Of a DNA stretch of 64,000 nt, positions 38,527 through 49,243 are shown in pieces; within the stretch, counting starts at the first letter, position 1, and every line of letters begins with the position of its first letter. The notes below the pieces were generated by a model. It was not told the DNA's origin and made no database searches. It saw only the letters and a list, made by a program, of their open reading frames with translations. The stretch covers positions 52,858 through 116,857 of the forward strand of contig JAHBYV010000012.1 of the NCBI GenBank assembly GCA_019635795.1, in the 5' to 3' direction. Origin of the DNA: Rhizobiaceae bacterium (GTDB lineage Bacteria > Pseudomonadota > Alphaproteobacteria > Rhizobiales > Rhizobiaceae). Position numbers and translations under genes: made by a program.

Positions 38527-39757
38527 CATTGGTGCCGGTGGGCCCTGGAACGAACAGATCGCCAGCCTTGTCGAATGCAGTCCACGCATTATTGGCCTGC
38601 AACATGGCTTTGGCGTCAACGCCTGCCGCCCGCATGAGCCCCACCGACGCGCCATCCGCGAAAGCACCGGCATTGTCTTCCGAACCATCAATGCCGTCCG
38701 TATCGGCTGCAAGCGCATCAATACCCTCACAACCATCGATACCAATGGCGAAAGCCAGCAGAAACTCACTGTTGCGACCGCCCTTGCCTTTGGCGCGCAG
38801 GGTGACAGTCGTTTCCCCGCCTGAGAGCACCAGAACCGGCTTTTCGAAAGGCCTGTTGCGGGCTGCGATTTCGCGGGCAATTGCCGCGTGAACGCCGCCG
38901 ACATCGCGCGCCTCGCCCTCTATCGCATCGGAAAGGATTACCGCCGGGATCCCTTTCGCCCTTGAAGCATCCGCCGCAGCTTCTAGAGACTTCGCCGCCG
39001 AGGCGATGACATGCACGCTGTGCCCGTCGAAGCGCGGATCATCGGGAAGCGGCGCATCTGCTGCAGGCGTCACCAAATGCGCCATGACAGCGACCGGCAA
39101 TTTCATACCATAGGTTTTGATGATGTTGATCGCGTCGCCGCGGGTCGTTGCATCAGGAACGGTCGGGCCAGAGGCCACCAAAGCGGGATTGTCGCCCGGA
39201 ATATCTGATACGACCAGCGAGACAACCCTTGCCGGGTGTGCGAGTGCGGCCAGCCGCCCACCCTTGATGTTCGAGACATGCTTGCGCACGGCATTCATTG
39301 CCGAGATCGGTGCGCCAGAAGCTAACAGCGCTTCATTAACGGCAATCTCGTCAGCCAGCGTCAGCTCGCCGGCAGGCGCGGGAAGCAGCGCCGAGCCTCC
39401 CCCGCACACAAGCGCAACCACCAGATCATCGGCAGTCAGGCCCGTCACTAGGTCCATGAGGCGGCGCGCTGCCTTCAGCCCGTTCTCATCAGGCACAGGA
39501 TGCGCGGCTTCCAGAACCTTGATGGTCTTGCAGGGCGCGGCATAGCCGTAGCGTGTAACAACAACGCCCTCGAAGGGGCCGTCCCACACCTTTTCGAATG
39601 CCTGCGCCATTTGCGCAGCGCCCTTCCCGAACCCAACGACTATGGTTCGCCCTTTCGGCTTTTCCGGCAAAAATCTGGCGATCACCTTTTCAGGATCAGC
39701 CGCAGCAACGGCTGCATCGAAGATCGATGTCAAAAACGCTTTCGTTTCAGTATTCAC
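38495..39757 (-). CDS. Glycerate kinase, MOFRL/TtuD family
   Basis: GKGA, HPVPD, GGGSAL, GGETTV, GRNSE, DTDGIDG, TGTNVND. Confidence 0.9.
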   Translation of the reverse strand: MNTETKAFLTSIFDAAVAAADPEKVIARFLPEKPKGRTIVVGFGKGAAQMAQAFEKVWDGPFEGVVVTRYGYAAPCKTIKVLEAAHPVPDENGLKAARRLMDLVTGLTADDLVVALVCGGGSALLPAPAGELTLADEIAVNEALLASGAPISAMNAVRKHVSNIKGGRLAALAHPARVVSLVVSDIPGDNPALVASGPTVPDATTRGDAINIIKTYGMKLPVAVMAHLVTPAADAPLPDDPRFDGHSVHVIASAAKSLEAAADASRAKGIPAVILSDAIEGEARDVGGVHAAIAREIAARNRPFEKPVLVLSGGETTVTLRAKGKGGRNSEFLLAFAIGIDGCEGIDALAADTDGIDGSEDNAGAFADGASVGLMRAAGVDAKAMLQANNAWTAFDKAGDLFVPGPTGTNVNDLRAILIR

Positions 39758-39759
39758 GC

Positions 39760-40257
39760 TCAGTCCTCAGCAGCAAGCGCCAATGCCGCGCCGTCCAGTT
39801 TCAGATGTTCGGCGATGGCCGCCACCACCACAGCATGATCCTGCCTTTGCGGCAGTCCGGACACGGCAATCGCCCCAACCACACCTGTGCCGGTTACGTG
39901 TATCGGGAAAGCACCGCCCGCCAGCACATAGTCAGCCGGGTCCAGCCCGTAGTATGATTTGAACAGACGGTCGGGAGAATTTTGTTCCAGCACCATACGA
40001 TAGGTGCTTTTGTGAAACATCTTTACCGTGTTCATCTTGCGCCGCACCCAATCCGTGTTGGAAGCGGTAGAGCCAGGCAGCGCGGCGTAGAACAGCAGCC
40101 TGTCCCAGAAGCGAATTTCAATCACGATTGGCAGGTTTTCAGCCAGCGCGCGCTCGCGAAGCCTTGAACCGATTTCGAAAGCCGTAGCCTCGTTGAAGCG
40201 TTCGAATACCAGCGCCGCTTCCTGCTCAATGACCCTGGCAATATCAGAAGCACTCAT
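39760..40257 (-). CDS. Heme-degrading-domain protein (UPF0303/GlcG-like)
   Basis: WVRRKMNTV..FHKST, AGGAFPI, AVSGLPQRQDH. Confidence 0.82.
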   Translation of the reverse strand: MSASDIARVIEQEAALVFERFNEATAFEIGSRLRERALAENLPIVIEIRFWDRLLFYAALPGSTASNTDWVRRKMNTVKMFHKSTYRMVLEQNSPDRLFKSYYGLDPADYVLAGGAFPIHVTGTGVVGAIAVSGLPQRQDHAVVVAAIAEHLKLDGAALALAAED

Positions 40258-40315
40258 TCCGTTACCCCGCCTTGTTGCAAGGAATGCCTACTTACCGCCT
40301 CGCAAGTTTCAACCC

Positions 40316-41629
40316 CTAATTGGTGCCAAGATCACTTTTTGCAGGCTTACCCGCAATATAGACCTCAACGACTGCACGATCATCGCCCAGCGTTTGCAAG
40401 AGAAACAGCTCTTCTGCCAAGGTTTCCACCGTCTCCATGCGCAAGCGCATTGCGGGCGTTGCTCGGGCATCGAGAATCACAATGTCGGCATCAGTGCCAG
40501 CTTCAAGCGTGCCTATCCTGTTTGCGAGTGAAAGTGCCTCGGCATTGCCCCGTGTGATCTGCCAGAAGGAAGCCAACGGGTTGAGTTTTTCACCTTGCAA
40601 AGCAATGATTTTGTAGGCCTCGTCCATCGTGCGAAGCATTGAATAGTTGGTTCCGCCACCAACGTCGGTAGCAGTCGCAATTCGCAGCGGCTTGGTGCGG
40701 CTGCGATTCTCCTGATACGGAAATAGACCCGACCCCAGAAACAGGTTTGAAGTCGGGCAGAACACGGCCACCGAGCCGCTATCACTCAAAGCATCACGCT
40801 CTCGCTCTGAAAGGTGAATCGCATGGCCGAACAGTGAGCGCGGCCCCAACAGACCGTAGCGGTCATAAACATCGGTATAGTCTTTCGCCTGCGGATAAAG
40901 CTCGCACGTATAGGCGATTTCGGCATGGTTTTCCGACAGGTGGGTCTGCATATGCAAACCGGGATGCTCGCGCATCAACGCGCCAGCCATCTCCATCTGT
41001 TCGGGAGAGGACGTAATCGCAAAGCGTGGCGTTACGGCATAGTGCTGCCGACCCTTGCCATGCCATTCCGCTATCAGCGCTTTTGTGTCGTCATAGCTGG
41101 ATTGAGGCGTGTCCAATACACCGGCGGGCGCATTGCGGTCCATCATCACCTTGCCCGCAACGTTCAGCATATTGCGCGCATCAGACTCGGCGAAAAACGC
41201 TTCCGCGCTTGATTTATGGACCGAGCAGTATGCCACGACACTTGTGGTGCCGTATCGAATGAGCTCGTCAAGAAACTGCCGCGCAATCCTGCGCGAGTGT
41301 TGCGGGTTGGCGAATTTGGTTTCTTCCGGAAATGTATATTTGTTCAGCCAATCCAGAAGCTCAGCGCCATAGGAGGCGATCACCTGCATCTGGGGGCAAT
41401 GCGCGTGACAATCCACAAAGCCAGGAAGGATCAGGTTGGGCCTATGGTCGATAACCGTCGCATCTGAGGCCATCGGGGCAATTTCATCATAGGTGCCAGA
41501 TGCAACAATGCTGCCATTGTCAATCAGAACCGCACCGTCTTCCACATAGCTGCAAGCTGCAAGATCATCAGCCGATTGCGGAAAGCGGTGAAAGCTGAGC
41601 GTACGCCCGCGTAACAGGGATCGGGTCAT
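40316..41629 (-). CDS. guaD: Guanine deaminase (amidohydrolase superfamily)
   Basis: DCHAH, TPRFAITS, QTHLSEN, HAIHL, FCPTSNLFLGSG, TDVGGGT. Confidence 0.93.
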   Translation of the reverse strand: MTRSLLRGRTLSFHRFPQSADDLAACSYVEDGAVLIDNGSIVASGTYDEIAPMASDATVIDHRPNLILPGFVDCHAHCPQMQVIASYGAELLDWLNKYTFPEETKFANPQHSRRIARQFLDELIRYGTTSVVAYCSVHKSSAEAFFAESDARNMLNVAGKVMMDRNAPAGVLDTPQSSYDDTKALIAEWHGKGRQHYAVTPRFAITSSPEQMEMAGALMREHPGLHMQTHLSENHAEIAYTCELYPQAKDYTDVYDRYGLLGPRSLFGHAIHLSERERDALSDSGSVAVFCPTSNLFLGSGLFPYQENRSRTKPLRIATATDVGGGTNYSMLRTMDEAYKIIALQGEKLNPLASFWQITRGNAEALSLANRIGTLEAGTDADIVILDARATPAMRLRMETVETLAEELFLLQTLGDDRAVVEVYIAGKPAKSDLGTN

Positions 41630-42840
41630 CGTGCGCTCTCATACCATGCCACGAGTAATTCGCGTTCTTCCGGCGTAATCTGGGTCACATTTCCGGGCGG
41701 CATTGCGTGGCTGCGCCCTGCGTGCAGATAGATTTGCTCGGCGTGCTCTGCAATCTCGGCATCGTTTTCGAGCTTCACGCCCTTTGGGGCGAAATAGACG
41801 CCTTCATAGGAAGGCTCATTTGCATGGCACATCGAACAACGCCCCAGAACAGTGTCCCGCACTTTTGCGAAATGCGCATCTGCAACAAGCTGTTCGGCCT
41901 GCGCTGACATTTTCGGCTCCCCCGTCAGAACCCTTGGCACGGTGGAGAGCCATATGATGATGATAAACAGGATACCGGCAAGCAACCACGTCCAGTAAGG
42001 CGGCTGCTTCCCCGCATGGCCTGTGTTGAAGAAGTGACGGACCAGCACGCCAATGATGAAGATCAGCGAGGCTATTACCCAGTTGAACTCTGTTCCGAAC
42101 GCCAGCGGATAGTGGTTCGACAGCATCAGGAATACGACCGGCAAGGTCAGGTAGTTGTTGTGGGTTGATCTCAGCTTGGCAATCTTGCCGTATTTGGGGT
42201 CAGGCGTGCGCCCGGCCTTCAGATCCGCAACAACGATCTTCTGGTTGGGAATGATGATGAAGAAAACATTCGCCGTCATGATCGTCGCGGTGAACGCACC
42301 AAGATGCAGGAAGGCAGCCCGGCCGGTGAAAAGCTGCGTATACCCCCAGCTCATTGCAACAAGCATTGCATAAAGCAGCAGCATGAGAATGGTTGGGCTG
42401 TCTCCCAGTTTCGATTTGCAAAGCAGGTCATAGACCAGCCATCCAATACCGATGGACGCCAACGATATTGCGATTGCAGTCGTGCTCGAAATATCCAGCA
42501 CATTGCGGTCGATCATGACGAGGTCCGCGCTGCCATAGTAGACCAGCGCCAGCAGGAAAAACCCGGAAAGCCAGGTCATATAGGATTCCCACTTGAACCA
42601 GACGAGGTGCTCCGGCAACGCTTCGGGGGCAACCAGATATTTCTGGATGTTGTAGAACCCTCCGCCGTGAACCTGCCACTCCTCACCATAGGCGCCTTTC
42701 GGCAGGCCTGGCCGCTGCTTCAATCCCAGATCGAGCGCGACAAAATAAAAGGATGAACCGATCCAGGCCATCGCGGTGATGATGTGCAGCCACCGCACGG
42801 CAAAACTTGCCCAATCCCAGAATATGACAAAATCCAGCAT
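41626..42840 (-). CDS. puuD: Membrane cytochrome c urate hydroxylase (PuuD type)
   Basis: RWLHIITAMAWIGSSFYF, WQVHGGGFY, FKWESY, RSTHNNY; C-terminal CxxCH (CSMCH). Confidence 0.9.
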   Translation of the reverse strand: MLDFVIFWDWASFAVRWLHIITAMAWIGSSFYFVALDLGLKQRPGLPKGAYGEEWQVHGGGFYNIQKYLVAPEALPEHLVWFKWESYMTWLSGFFLLALVYYGSADLVMIDRNVLDISSTTAIAISLASIGIGWLVYDLLCKSKLGDSPTILMLLLYAMLVAMSWGYTQLFTGRAAFLHLGAFTATIMTANVFFIIIPNQKIVVADLKAGRTPDPKYGKIAKLRSTHNNYLTLPVVFLMLSNHYPLAFGTEFNWVIASLIFIIGVLVRHFFNTGHAGKQPPYWTWLLAGILFIIIIWLSTVPRVLTGEPKMSAQAEQLVADAHFAKVRDTVLGRCSMCHANEPSYEGVYFAPKGVKLENDAEIAEHAEQIYLHAGRSHAMPPGNVTQITPEERELLVAWYESAR

Positions 42841-43009
42841 TCGGAAAACTCCCACCGCCTGCAAATGCGCCTGCGACTCCTCGTTGGACGACTTTGGCGC
42901 AACAGTTCATAATGCGAAAGAGAGCAGGCGCTCGATGACTTTCAAAAAAACATTTAAAATAGATGCGCTATAACACCGCAAGGGCCATGGGAATGAGGAG
43001 TAAGTCCAT

Positions 43010-43930
43010 ATGGCATATCTCGATAATGTCGCGGTTTTCGTTCGTGTGGTTGAGTTGGGCAATCTTTCGGCTGCCGGCAGAGATATGCGCATCTCGCCTG
43101 CGGTGGCGTCCAACCGCATAAAGGAGCTGGAGAAACATCTCGGCGTACGCCTTTTCAATCGCACCACACGCCAGCTCATGCCGACAGAGCATGGCACAGT
43201 TTTCTATGAAGGCGCAAAGAAGGTTCTGGATTCGATCGTCGAGGCTGAGGCTGCCGTTTCCGCGCTTTCAGGCCAGCCTCGCGGCACAATCCGCGTCACC
43301 GCCCCCCTTGGCCTTGGCCGCAGGTTCATTGCCTCGGGGATTCCGGACTTCCATGACCAATATCCCGACATCAGGGTTCGGCTGCGCCTGTCCGATCATA
43401 ATGTCGATATTCTCAAGGAGGGAATAGACGTAGCGTTCCGGCTCGGAATCATTGAGGATTCCAGTCTCAGAATGCGCGGCATCATGCAATGTGAGCGCGT
43501 GCTGGTCGCCTCTCCCGACTACATCGAAGCACGAGGCGAGCCACAGGCTCCCGAAGATCTGATCGAAAAAAAGCATGATTGCCTCATGCTCCGGTTTCCG
43601 GGAACCAAGGAGCATTACTGGATGCTTCAAACGAAAAACGGCCCCTCGAAATATGAGGTCAACGGTCCCTACGATTCAGACGACGGTGATGTTCTGACTC
43701 ACTGGGCTCTCGGCGGAAGGGGCATCGTCTCCAAGCCTCGTTTCGAGATTGAGACCTATCTGCGCGATGGCCGTTTGCGGCTGGTGCTGCCCGATTTCCC
43801 TCCAACACCCATTCAGTTTGCGGCAGTCTATCCCCACAAAAAATTACAAGACCCGAAGGTTCGGCTTTTGCTCGATTTCATGGCGGAGCGGTGCGAGAAA
43901 ATGATCCGCCACGCATTGGCGGGAAGTTGA
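43010..43930 (+). CDS. LysR family regulator, divergent from puuD
   Basis: FVRVVELGNLSAAGRDM...LEKHLGVRLFNRTTR. Confidence 0.93.
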   Translation: MAYLDNVAVFVRVVELGNLSAAGRDMRISPAVASNRIKELEKHLGVRLFNRTTRQLMPTEHGTVFYEGAKKVLDSIVEAEAAVSALSGQPRGTIRVTAPLGLGRRFIASGIPDFHDQYPDIRVRLRLSDHNVDILKEGIDVAFRLGIIEDSSLRMRGIMQCERVLVASPDYIEARGEPQAPEDLIEKKHDCLMLRFPGTKEHYWMLQTKNGPSKYEVNGPYDSDDGDVLTHWALGGRGIVSKPRFEIETYLRDGRLRLVLPDFPPTPIQFAAVYPHKKLQDPKVRLLLDFMAERCEKMIRHALAGS

Positions 43931-43933
43931 CCC

Positions 43934-44800
43934 TCACTGACTGAGGGCGGTTCTCGATTTTTGCGAGCTTGCAGTCCGGCTGATGGCGGTCATCACCTCA
44001 GCAGCGGTCAGCGCCGCAATAACGGCTGGGCGTTTGTCCTTTACCGTATCACCCCCGATGGGCAACACGAGGCGGTCAAAAGCGTCCATTGATCCGCCAG
44101 CCACTTTCAGGAACCAGTTCCTGAATGTTGCCTTTTTGGTTTTCGATCCGATCATGCCGACATAGGCCGCGTCGTTTCGCTTCAGAGCCTCTGCAACGAT
44201 TATAAAATCCAGAGCATGGTCATGCGTCAGGACAATAAACGCCGCGCCGGCTGGTGCCTCGCGCACGGCTTCCTCCGGCAATGCAGTCAACCGCGCGTCG
44301 ACGTTTTCGGGCAGTCCATCCAGTTCCCCGGCCCGCGTTTCAACAACAGTCACCTGAACAGGGAGCAGGGAAAGCGCGGCGGCAAGCGCATGTCCTACAT
44401 GCCCCGCACCGAATACATAAACACTTGGAAGCGCTTCCTGCTCAGCGTTCGCCTTTGCCAGAATTGCTTGCTTCAATGGCTCATCAATCCGTTGAAGCAC
44501 AAGTTTGACGTGGCCGCCGCAACATTGCCCGATCTCCGGCCCCAGCGGCACGCTCATGAACTCGCGCCCGACCTCCGCGCGTGACAGCAGCGCACGAGCC
44601 TTGTCAATTGCCATATATTCAAGCTGGCCGCCGCCAATCGTTCCGAAAATCTTCTGGTTCGCCACCAGCATCCATGCGCCGGTTTCGCGTGGCGTTGAGC
44701 CCTTGGCAACCTCCACCTGAACGAGCGCCACGTCATGCGCGCCGTGCAGAAACTCTTCCAGCTTTTTCACATCGTGCGCCATCGGGTCATCATAGCACAA
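43934..44800 (-). CDS. xdhC: Xanthine dehydrogenase accessory protein (alternative start ATG 44782)
   Basis: GSTPRE, GTIGGGQLE, LGQCCGG-like IGQCCGG, THDHALD, GMIGSKTK. Confidence 0.92.
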   Translation of the reverse strand: MCYDDPMAHDVKKLEEFLHGAHDVALVQVEVAKGSTPRETGAWMLVANQKIFGTIGGGQLEYMAIDKARALLSRAEVGREFMSVPLGPEIGQCCGGHVKLVLQRIDEPLKQAILAKANAEQEALPSVYVFGAGHVGHALAAALSLLPVQVTVVETRAGELDGLPENVDARLTALPEEAVREAPAGAAFIVLTHDHALDFIIVAEALKRNDAAYVGMIGSKTKKATFRNWFLKVAGGSMDAFDRLVLPIGGDTVKDKRPAVIAALTAAEVMTAISRTASSQKSRTALSQ

Positions 44801-44803
44801 TGT

Positions 44804-47140
44804 TCACCGTGCAGCCTTCAGCTTCTCAATCGCCATCAAAACCCGCTCCGGCGTTGCGGGCGCGTCGAGTTGCGGGTGAATTTTGTGATCCGCGACGCTG
44901 GCAACAGCATCCGTCAGCGCGTGGTAAACTGCCATGCCCAGCATGAATGGCGGCTCACCCACGGCCTTGGATTTATGCACCGTATTTTCGGCATTCTCTG
45001 CCCAGCTTGCGAGCTTCACATTGAAGATTTTCGGGCGATCGGAAGCGAGCGGAATCTTGTAGGTCGATGGCGCATGTGTACGCAGCCGCCCTTTTTCGTC
45101 CCACCAAAGCTCTTCGGTCGTCAACCAGCCCATGCCCTGTATGAACGCACCTTCCACCTGCCCCAAATCCAGCGCAGGATTCAGGGACCGCCCGGTTTCG
45201 TGCAATATGTCCACCCGCTCAACCATATATTCGCCGGTTAGCACATCGACGGAAACTTCCGCGCAGGCTGCACCATAGGCAAAATAGTAGAATGGCCGCC
45301 CCTGCCCTTTGGAGCGATCCCAGTGAATTTTCGGCGTCTTGTAGAAGCCTGCGGCCGATAGCTGGACGCGGGCGAGATAGGCTTGCGCAATAAGCTCGGT
45401 GAAAGGAATTTCCTGATTTCCGACGCGCACCCGGTTCGGCAGGAACTCGATCTGGTCTTTCTCGACATTGTATTTATCAGCGGCAAACTCGATCAAACGC
45501 GTCTTGATCTGGCGCGCCCCATTTTGCGCGGCCATTCCGTTCAGGTCCGCGCCGGAAGAAGCTGCCGTTGCCGATGTGTTTGGAACCTTGCCTGTGGTCG
45601 TCGCGGTGATTTTCACCCGGTCGATATCGATCTGGAATTCCTCGGCCACAACTTGCGCAACCTTGGTATTAAGGCCCTGCCCCATTTCCGTTCCGCCGTG
45701 GTTCAGATGCACCGAGCCATCGGTGTAGACATGCACGAGCGCGCCCGCCTGATTGTAGTGCGTGGCAGTGAACGAGATGCCGAATTTGACAGGCGTAAGC
45801 GCCAGACCCCGCTTGATAAACCGACTGTTATTGTTGAACGCATTGATCTCGCGACGACGCCCCGCGTAGTCGGCGCTCTGCTCAAGTTCATCGAAAATGC
45901 GGTGAATGATGTTGTCCTCAACCGTCTGGTGGTAAGGCGTTACATTGCGGTCTGTGGTGCCGTAGAAATTCTTCCGGCGTATTTCCAGCGGGTCCTTGCC
46001 GGTTGCAAATGCAACTTCGTCGATTACACGTTCCGCGCCGATCATGCCTTGCGGCCCACCGAATCCGCGAAACGCGGTGTTCGACACGGTGTTGGTGTAG
46101 AACGGCGCTGAAACCGCCTTCACCGCCGGGTAGAAATAGGCATTGTCGCAATGGAACAGCGCACGGTCGGTCACAGGTCCTGAAAGGTCAGACGAAAACC
46201 CACAACGGGCACCATAGGTATACTCGACACCGAGAATATTGCCCTCATCATCGAACCCGACTTCATAGTCGATCAGGAAGTCATGACGCTTTCCTGTCGC
46301 GGTCATGTCATCGTCGCGGTCTGGCCTGATTTTAACAGCGCGGCCAATCCGCTTGGCGGCAATTGCAGCCAGCGCGGCAAACTGGTTGCCCTGCGTTTCC
46401 TTGCCGCCAAAACCGCCACCCATGCGCCGCACCTCAACCGTGACAGCATGGCTCGGAACGCCAAGCGCGTGACCCACCATGTGTTGCACTTCGCTGGGGT
46501 GCTGCGTGGAACAGTAAACTGTTACGTCTCCGTCCTCGCCGGGAACAGCCATGGAAATCTGGCCTTCCAGATAGAAGTGATCCTGACCGCCATGGCGCAC
46601 CTGACCCTTTATCCGCCGCGGCGCTTTGGCAATTGCCGCAGCCGCATCGCCCCGAACCAGCGTGAGATTGGGCGTTACCAGCCTGTCTTTAGCGACATCC
46701 AGCCCCGCAATATCAAGCACAAACGGCAGCTCTTCATATTCAACCTTGGCAAGCTTGCAGGCACGCCGTGCCTGTTCGCGCGTTTCGGCTATGACGCAGA
46801 ATATTGGCTGGCCATAAAACTGGACCAGACCATCGGCAAGAACCGGTTCGTCGTTGCGACCCGTTGGAGAAATATCATTGACGCCGGGAACATCCGCGGA
46901 CGTCAGCACATCCACAACCCCCGGCGCAGCGCGCACAGCGGACAGGTCAATATTGACGATACGTCCATGCGTGACCGTGGAAAGGCCGAGACAGCCATGA
47001 AGCGTGCCGCGCGGCTCAGGCATATCGTCAATGTAGATTGCTTCTCCCGTCACATGCTTATGGGCAGAGTCGTGCTTCTGATCCGTATGCACGCCACCGG
47101 CAATTCTTGTTGCTTTCAAATCTGGCTGGTGTGCGGTCAT
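44804..47140 (-). CDS. xdhB: Xanthine dehydrogenase molybdopterin-binding subunit
   Basis: HDSAHKHVTG, RMGGGFGGKE, TAFRGFGGPQG, GGTEMGQG, SKAVGEPP. Confidence 0.95.
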   Translation of the reverse strand: MTAHQPDLKATRIAGGVHTDQKHDSAHKHVTGEAIYIDDMPEPRGTLHGCLGLSTVTHGRIVNIDLSAVRAAPGVVDVLTSADVPGVNDISPTGRNDEPVLADGLVQFYGQPIFCVIAETREQARRACKLAKVEYEELPFVLDIAGLDVAKDRLVTPNLTLVRGDAAAAIAKAPRRIKGQVRHGGQDHFYLEGQISMAVPGEDGDVTVYCSTQHPSEVQHMVGHALGVPSHAVTVEVRRMGGGFGGKETQGNQFAALAAIAAKRIGRAVKIRPDRDDDMTATGKRHDFLIDYEVGFDDEGNILGVEYTYGARCGFSSDLSGPVTDRALFHCDNAYFYPAVKAVSAPFYTNTVSNTAFRGFGGPQGMIGAERVIDEVAFATGKDPLEIRRKNFYGTTDRNVTPYHQTVEDNIIHRIFDELEQSADYAGRRREINAFNNNSRFIKRGLALTPVKFGISFTATHYNQAGALVHVYTDGSVHLNHGGTEMGQGLNTKVAQVVAEEFQIDIDRVKITATTTGKVPNTSATAASSGADLNGMAAQNGARQIKTRLIEFAADKYNVEKDQIEFLPNRVRVGNQEIPFTELIAQAYLARVQLSAAGFYKTPKIHWDRSKGQGRPFYYFAYGAACAEVSVDVLTGEYMVERVDILHETGRSLNPALDLGQVEGAFIQGMGWLTTEELWWDEKGRLRTHAPSTYKIPLASDRPKIFNVKLASWAENAENTVHKSKAVGEPPFMLGMAVYHALTDAVASVADHKIHPQLDAPATPERVLMAIEKLKAAR

Positions 47141-48612
47141 CACGCGGCCCTCGAAATCTGAATCGGTGCTTTCGTGCCGGTCGTTTCAGCATGGAAACGC
47201 ACCAGCAGATTGCGCGCCGCGAGTGCCCGATATTCGGCGGTCGCCCGCATATCCGTGAGCGGCGAGAAATCCGCCGCGAAAGCATCTAGCGCAGCCTCAA
47301 TTGTTGCCTCGTTCCACGATTTTCCCAACAGGGCAGCTTCCACAGAGCGCGCTCGCTTGGGCGTCGCGGCCATGCCGCCGTAAGCAATGCGGATCGAGGT
47401 GACGGTCCCATTGCTTACCTCCAGATAGAATGCTCCGAGGGTCGAGGTAATGTCCTCGTCGCGTCGCTTGGAGATTTTATAGACGGCAAAATGAGTACCC
47501 TCTTTCGGCACCGGCACATGAACCGCCTCGACAAACTCACCCGGCGCACGATCCTGCTTGCCATAGGCGATGAAATAATCTTCGAGCGCGATTGTCCGGC
47601 GACTGTCACCGCGCCGCAATGTCAACGTTGCGCCAAGCGCAATAAGCGGCGGTGGCGTGTCACCAATCGGGGACCCGTTGGCGATATTGCCGCCGATAGT
47701 TCCCATATTGCGAACCTGTTGGCCACCAATGCGGTCAATCAGGCTGCCCAGCGCAGGAATGCGGTTGGCAAGCACGTCGAACGCCTCCGTATAGGTCACG
47801 CCCGCGCCCAGGGTAATCACGCCGTCAGTCTCGGCGACCGATTTCAGATCTTCGATCCCGCCGATGAACACGACAGGCGAAATATCGCGCATGTGCTTTG
47901 TCACCCAAAGGCCGACATCGGTTGACCCGGCAACGACAGTTGCGTTGGGTTCGGCCTCCAGAACCCTGGCAAAGTCATCCGCAGTGGCGGGAACGATGAA
48001 CCGGTGCTTACCGGCACCTATTTCCACGCGCGCACCGTCGCGCATGGCCGTCAATTGGCCGATCACTGCATTACGTTCGCCTAGCAGCGGATCGTTCGAA
48101 ACCTTGCCGTAGCCGGAGATAGCGCGCGCGGAACGCACGATCGCCTCATAGCCGGTGCACCGGCAAAGATTGCCCTGCAGGGCCTTTTCGATTTCCGCAT
48201 CCGAAGGATTCGGCTCGCGCATCCACAACGCATAGAGCGACATGACAAATCCCGGCGTGCAGAACCCGCATTGCGAACCGTGAAAATCAACCATCGCCTG
48301 TTGCACAGGATGCAGCTTGCCGTCAGCACCTTTGAGATGCTCCACCGTCACCACATGGGTTGCGTCCAGCGACCCGAGGAAGCGAATGCACGCATTGACG
48401 CTTTCATAAACCAGCCGTCCGGCCAGCAAGCGCCCCACCAGAACGGTGCAGGCACCGCAATCGCCCTCCGCGCAGCCTTCCTTCGTGCCACGAAGATTGC
48501 GGCGCAGACGCAAATAATCCAGCAGCGTCTCGTCAGGAGATACGTCACTGAGCGCGACCCGCTCATTGTTCAGAAGGAAACGAATTTCGGACCTGGGTAG
48601 CGCCTTGGCCAT
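47140..48612 (-). CDS. xdhA: Xanthine dehydrogenase small subunit (2Fe-2S/FAD)
   Basis: GTKEGCAEGDCGAC, QCGFCTPG, NLCRCTGY, NGSPIGD. Confidence 0.95.
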   Translation of the reverse strand: MAKALPRSEIRFLLNNERVALSDVSPDETLLDYLRLRRNLRGTKEGCAEGDCGACTVLVGRLLAGRLVYESVNACIRFLGSLDATHVVTVEHLKGADGKLHPVQQAMVDFHGSQCGFCTPGFVMSLYALWMREPNPSDAEIEKALQGNLCRCTGYEAIVRSARAISGYGKVSNDPLLGERNAVIGQLTAMRDGARVEIGAGKHRFIVPATADDFARVLEAEPNATVVAGSTDVGLWVTKHMRDISPVVFIGGIEDLKSVAETDGVITLGAGVTYTEAFDVLANRIPALGSLIDRIGGQQVRNMGTIGGNIANGSPIGDTPPPLIALGATLTLRRGDSRRTIALEDYFIAYGKQDRAPGEFVEAVHVPVPKEGTHFAVYKISKRRDEDITSTLGAFYLEVSNGTVTSIRIAYGGMAATPKRARSVEAALLGKSWNEATIEAALDAFAADFSPLTDMRATAEYRALAARNLLVRFHAETTGTKAPIQISRAA

Positions 48613-48670
48613 TTTGCGTCATTCCCTTGTTGAATGTTGGAACGAACAGGTTCGCGTGCGCCTGCCCATT

Positions 48671-49036
48671 TCAACTCCCGCGATATGTAGAGTAGCTGAA
48701 AGGCGAAACGAGCAACGGCACATGATAGTGCTTTTCCTCCGCCATCCCGAATCGGAGCGGAACCTGATCGAGGAACGCGGGCTCGGTTAATTTCTGTCCT
48801 GATGCACGCAAATAATCACCGGCATAAAATACCAGTTCATATGTACCGGTTTCGAAAGCCGCGCCATCAAGCAACGGTGCATCGCAGCGCCCGTCAGAAT
48901 TGGTCACGACTTCCCTGATTTTGTGCCTTGCCTCACCATTCAGTCTGTAAAGCTCGATCTTCAGCCCCGCCGCCGGCACGCCGAGCGCGGTATCCAGAAC
49001 GTGAGTGGTCAGTTTGCCGCCTTTTGCTTCCGTCAT
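48671..49036 (-). CDS. uraH: 5-hydroxyisourate hydrolase
   Basis: [33 protein letters not shown]. Confidence 0.95.
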   Translation of the reverse strand: MTEAKGGKLTTHVLDTALGVPAAGLKIELYRLNGEARHKIREVVTNSDGRCDAPLLDGAAFETGTYELVFYAGDYLRASGQKLTEPAFLDQVPLRFGMAEEKHYHVPLLVSPFSYSTYRGS

Positions 49037-49243
49037 TTCCCCTCGCCACCTTTTTGATGGTCAGACTTCAGTTGATTAAAGCCCAACGCACAGCAAGCTG
49101 GAAGCTCTGGACCTCAAAAAGCATTTTCAATTTTTTTAGGGGGAATTTTCCTGACTTGCCACGCTATTGTTGAAATTGTCCAAAGCCACGGCTCCCTTTA
49201 GAGATAAGAGCGAATAGCCCGGAAATGGCAAGGCGGAGAGAAG

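Noticed and set aside
42941-42960. LysR operator TTTCAA-N7-TTTAAA in the puuD/lysR gap
   Set aside because: Plausible, but an AT-rich degenerate T-N11-A match is not distinctive enough to call.
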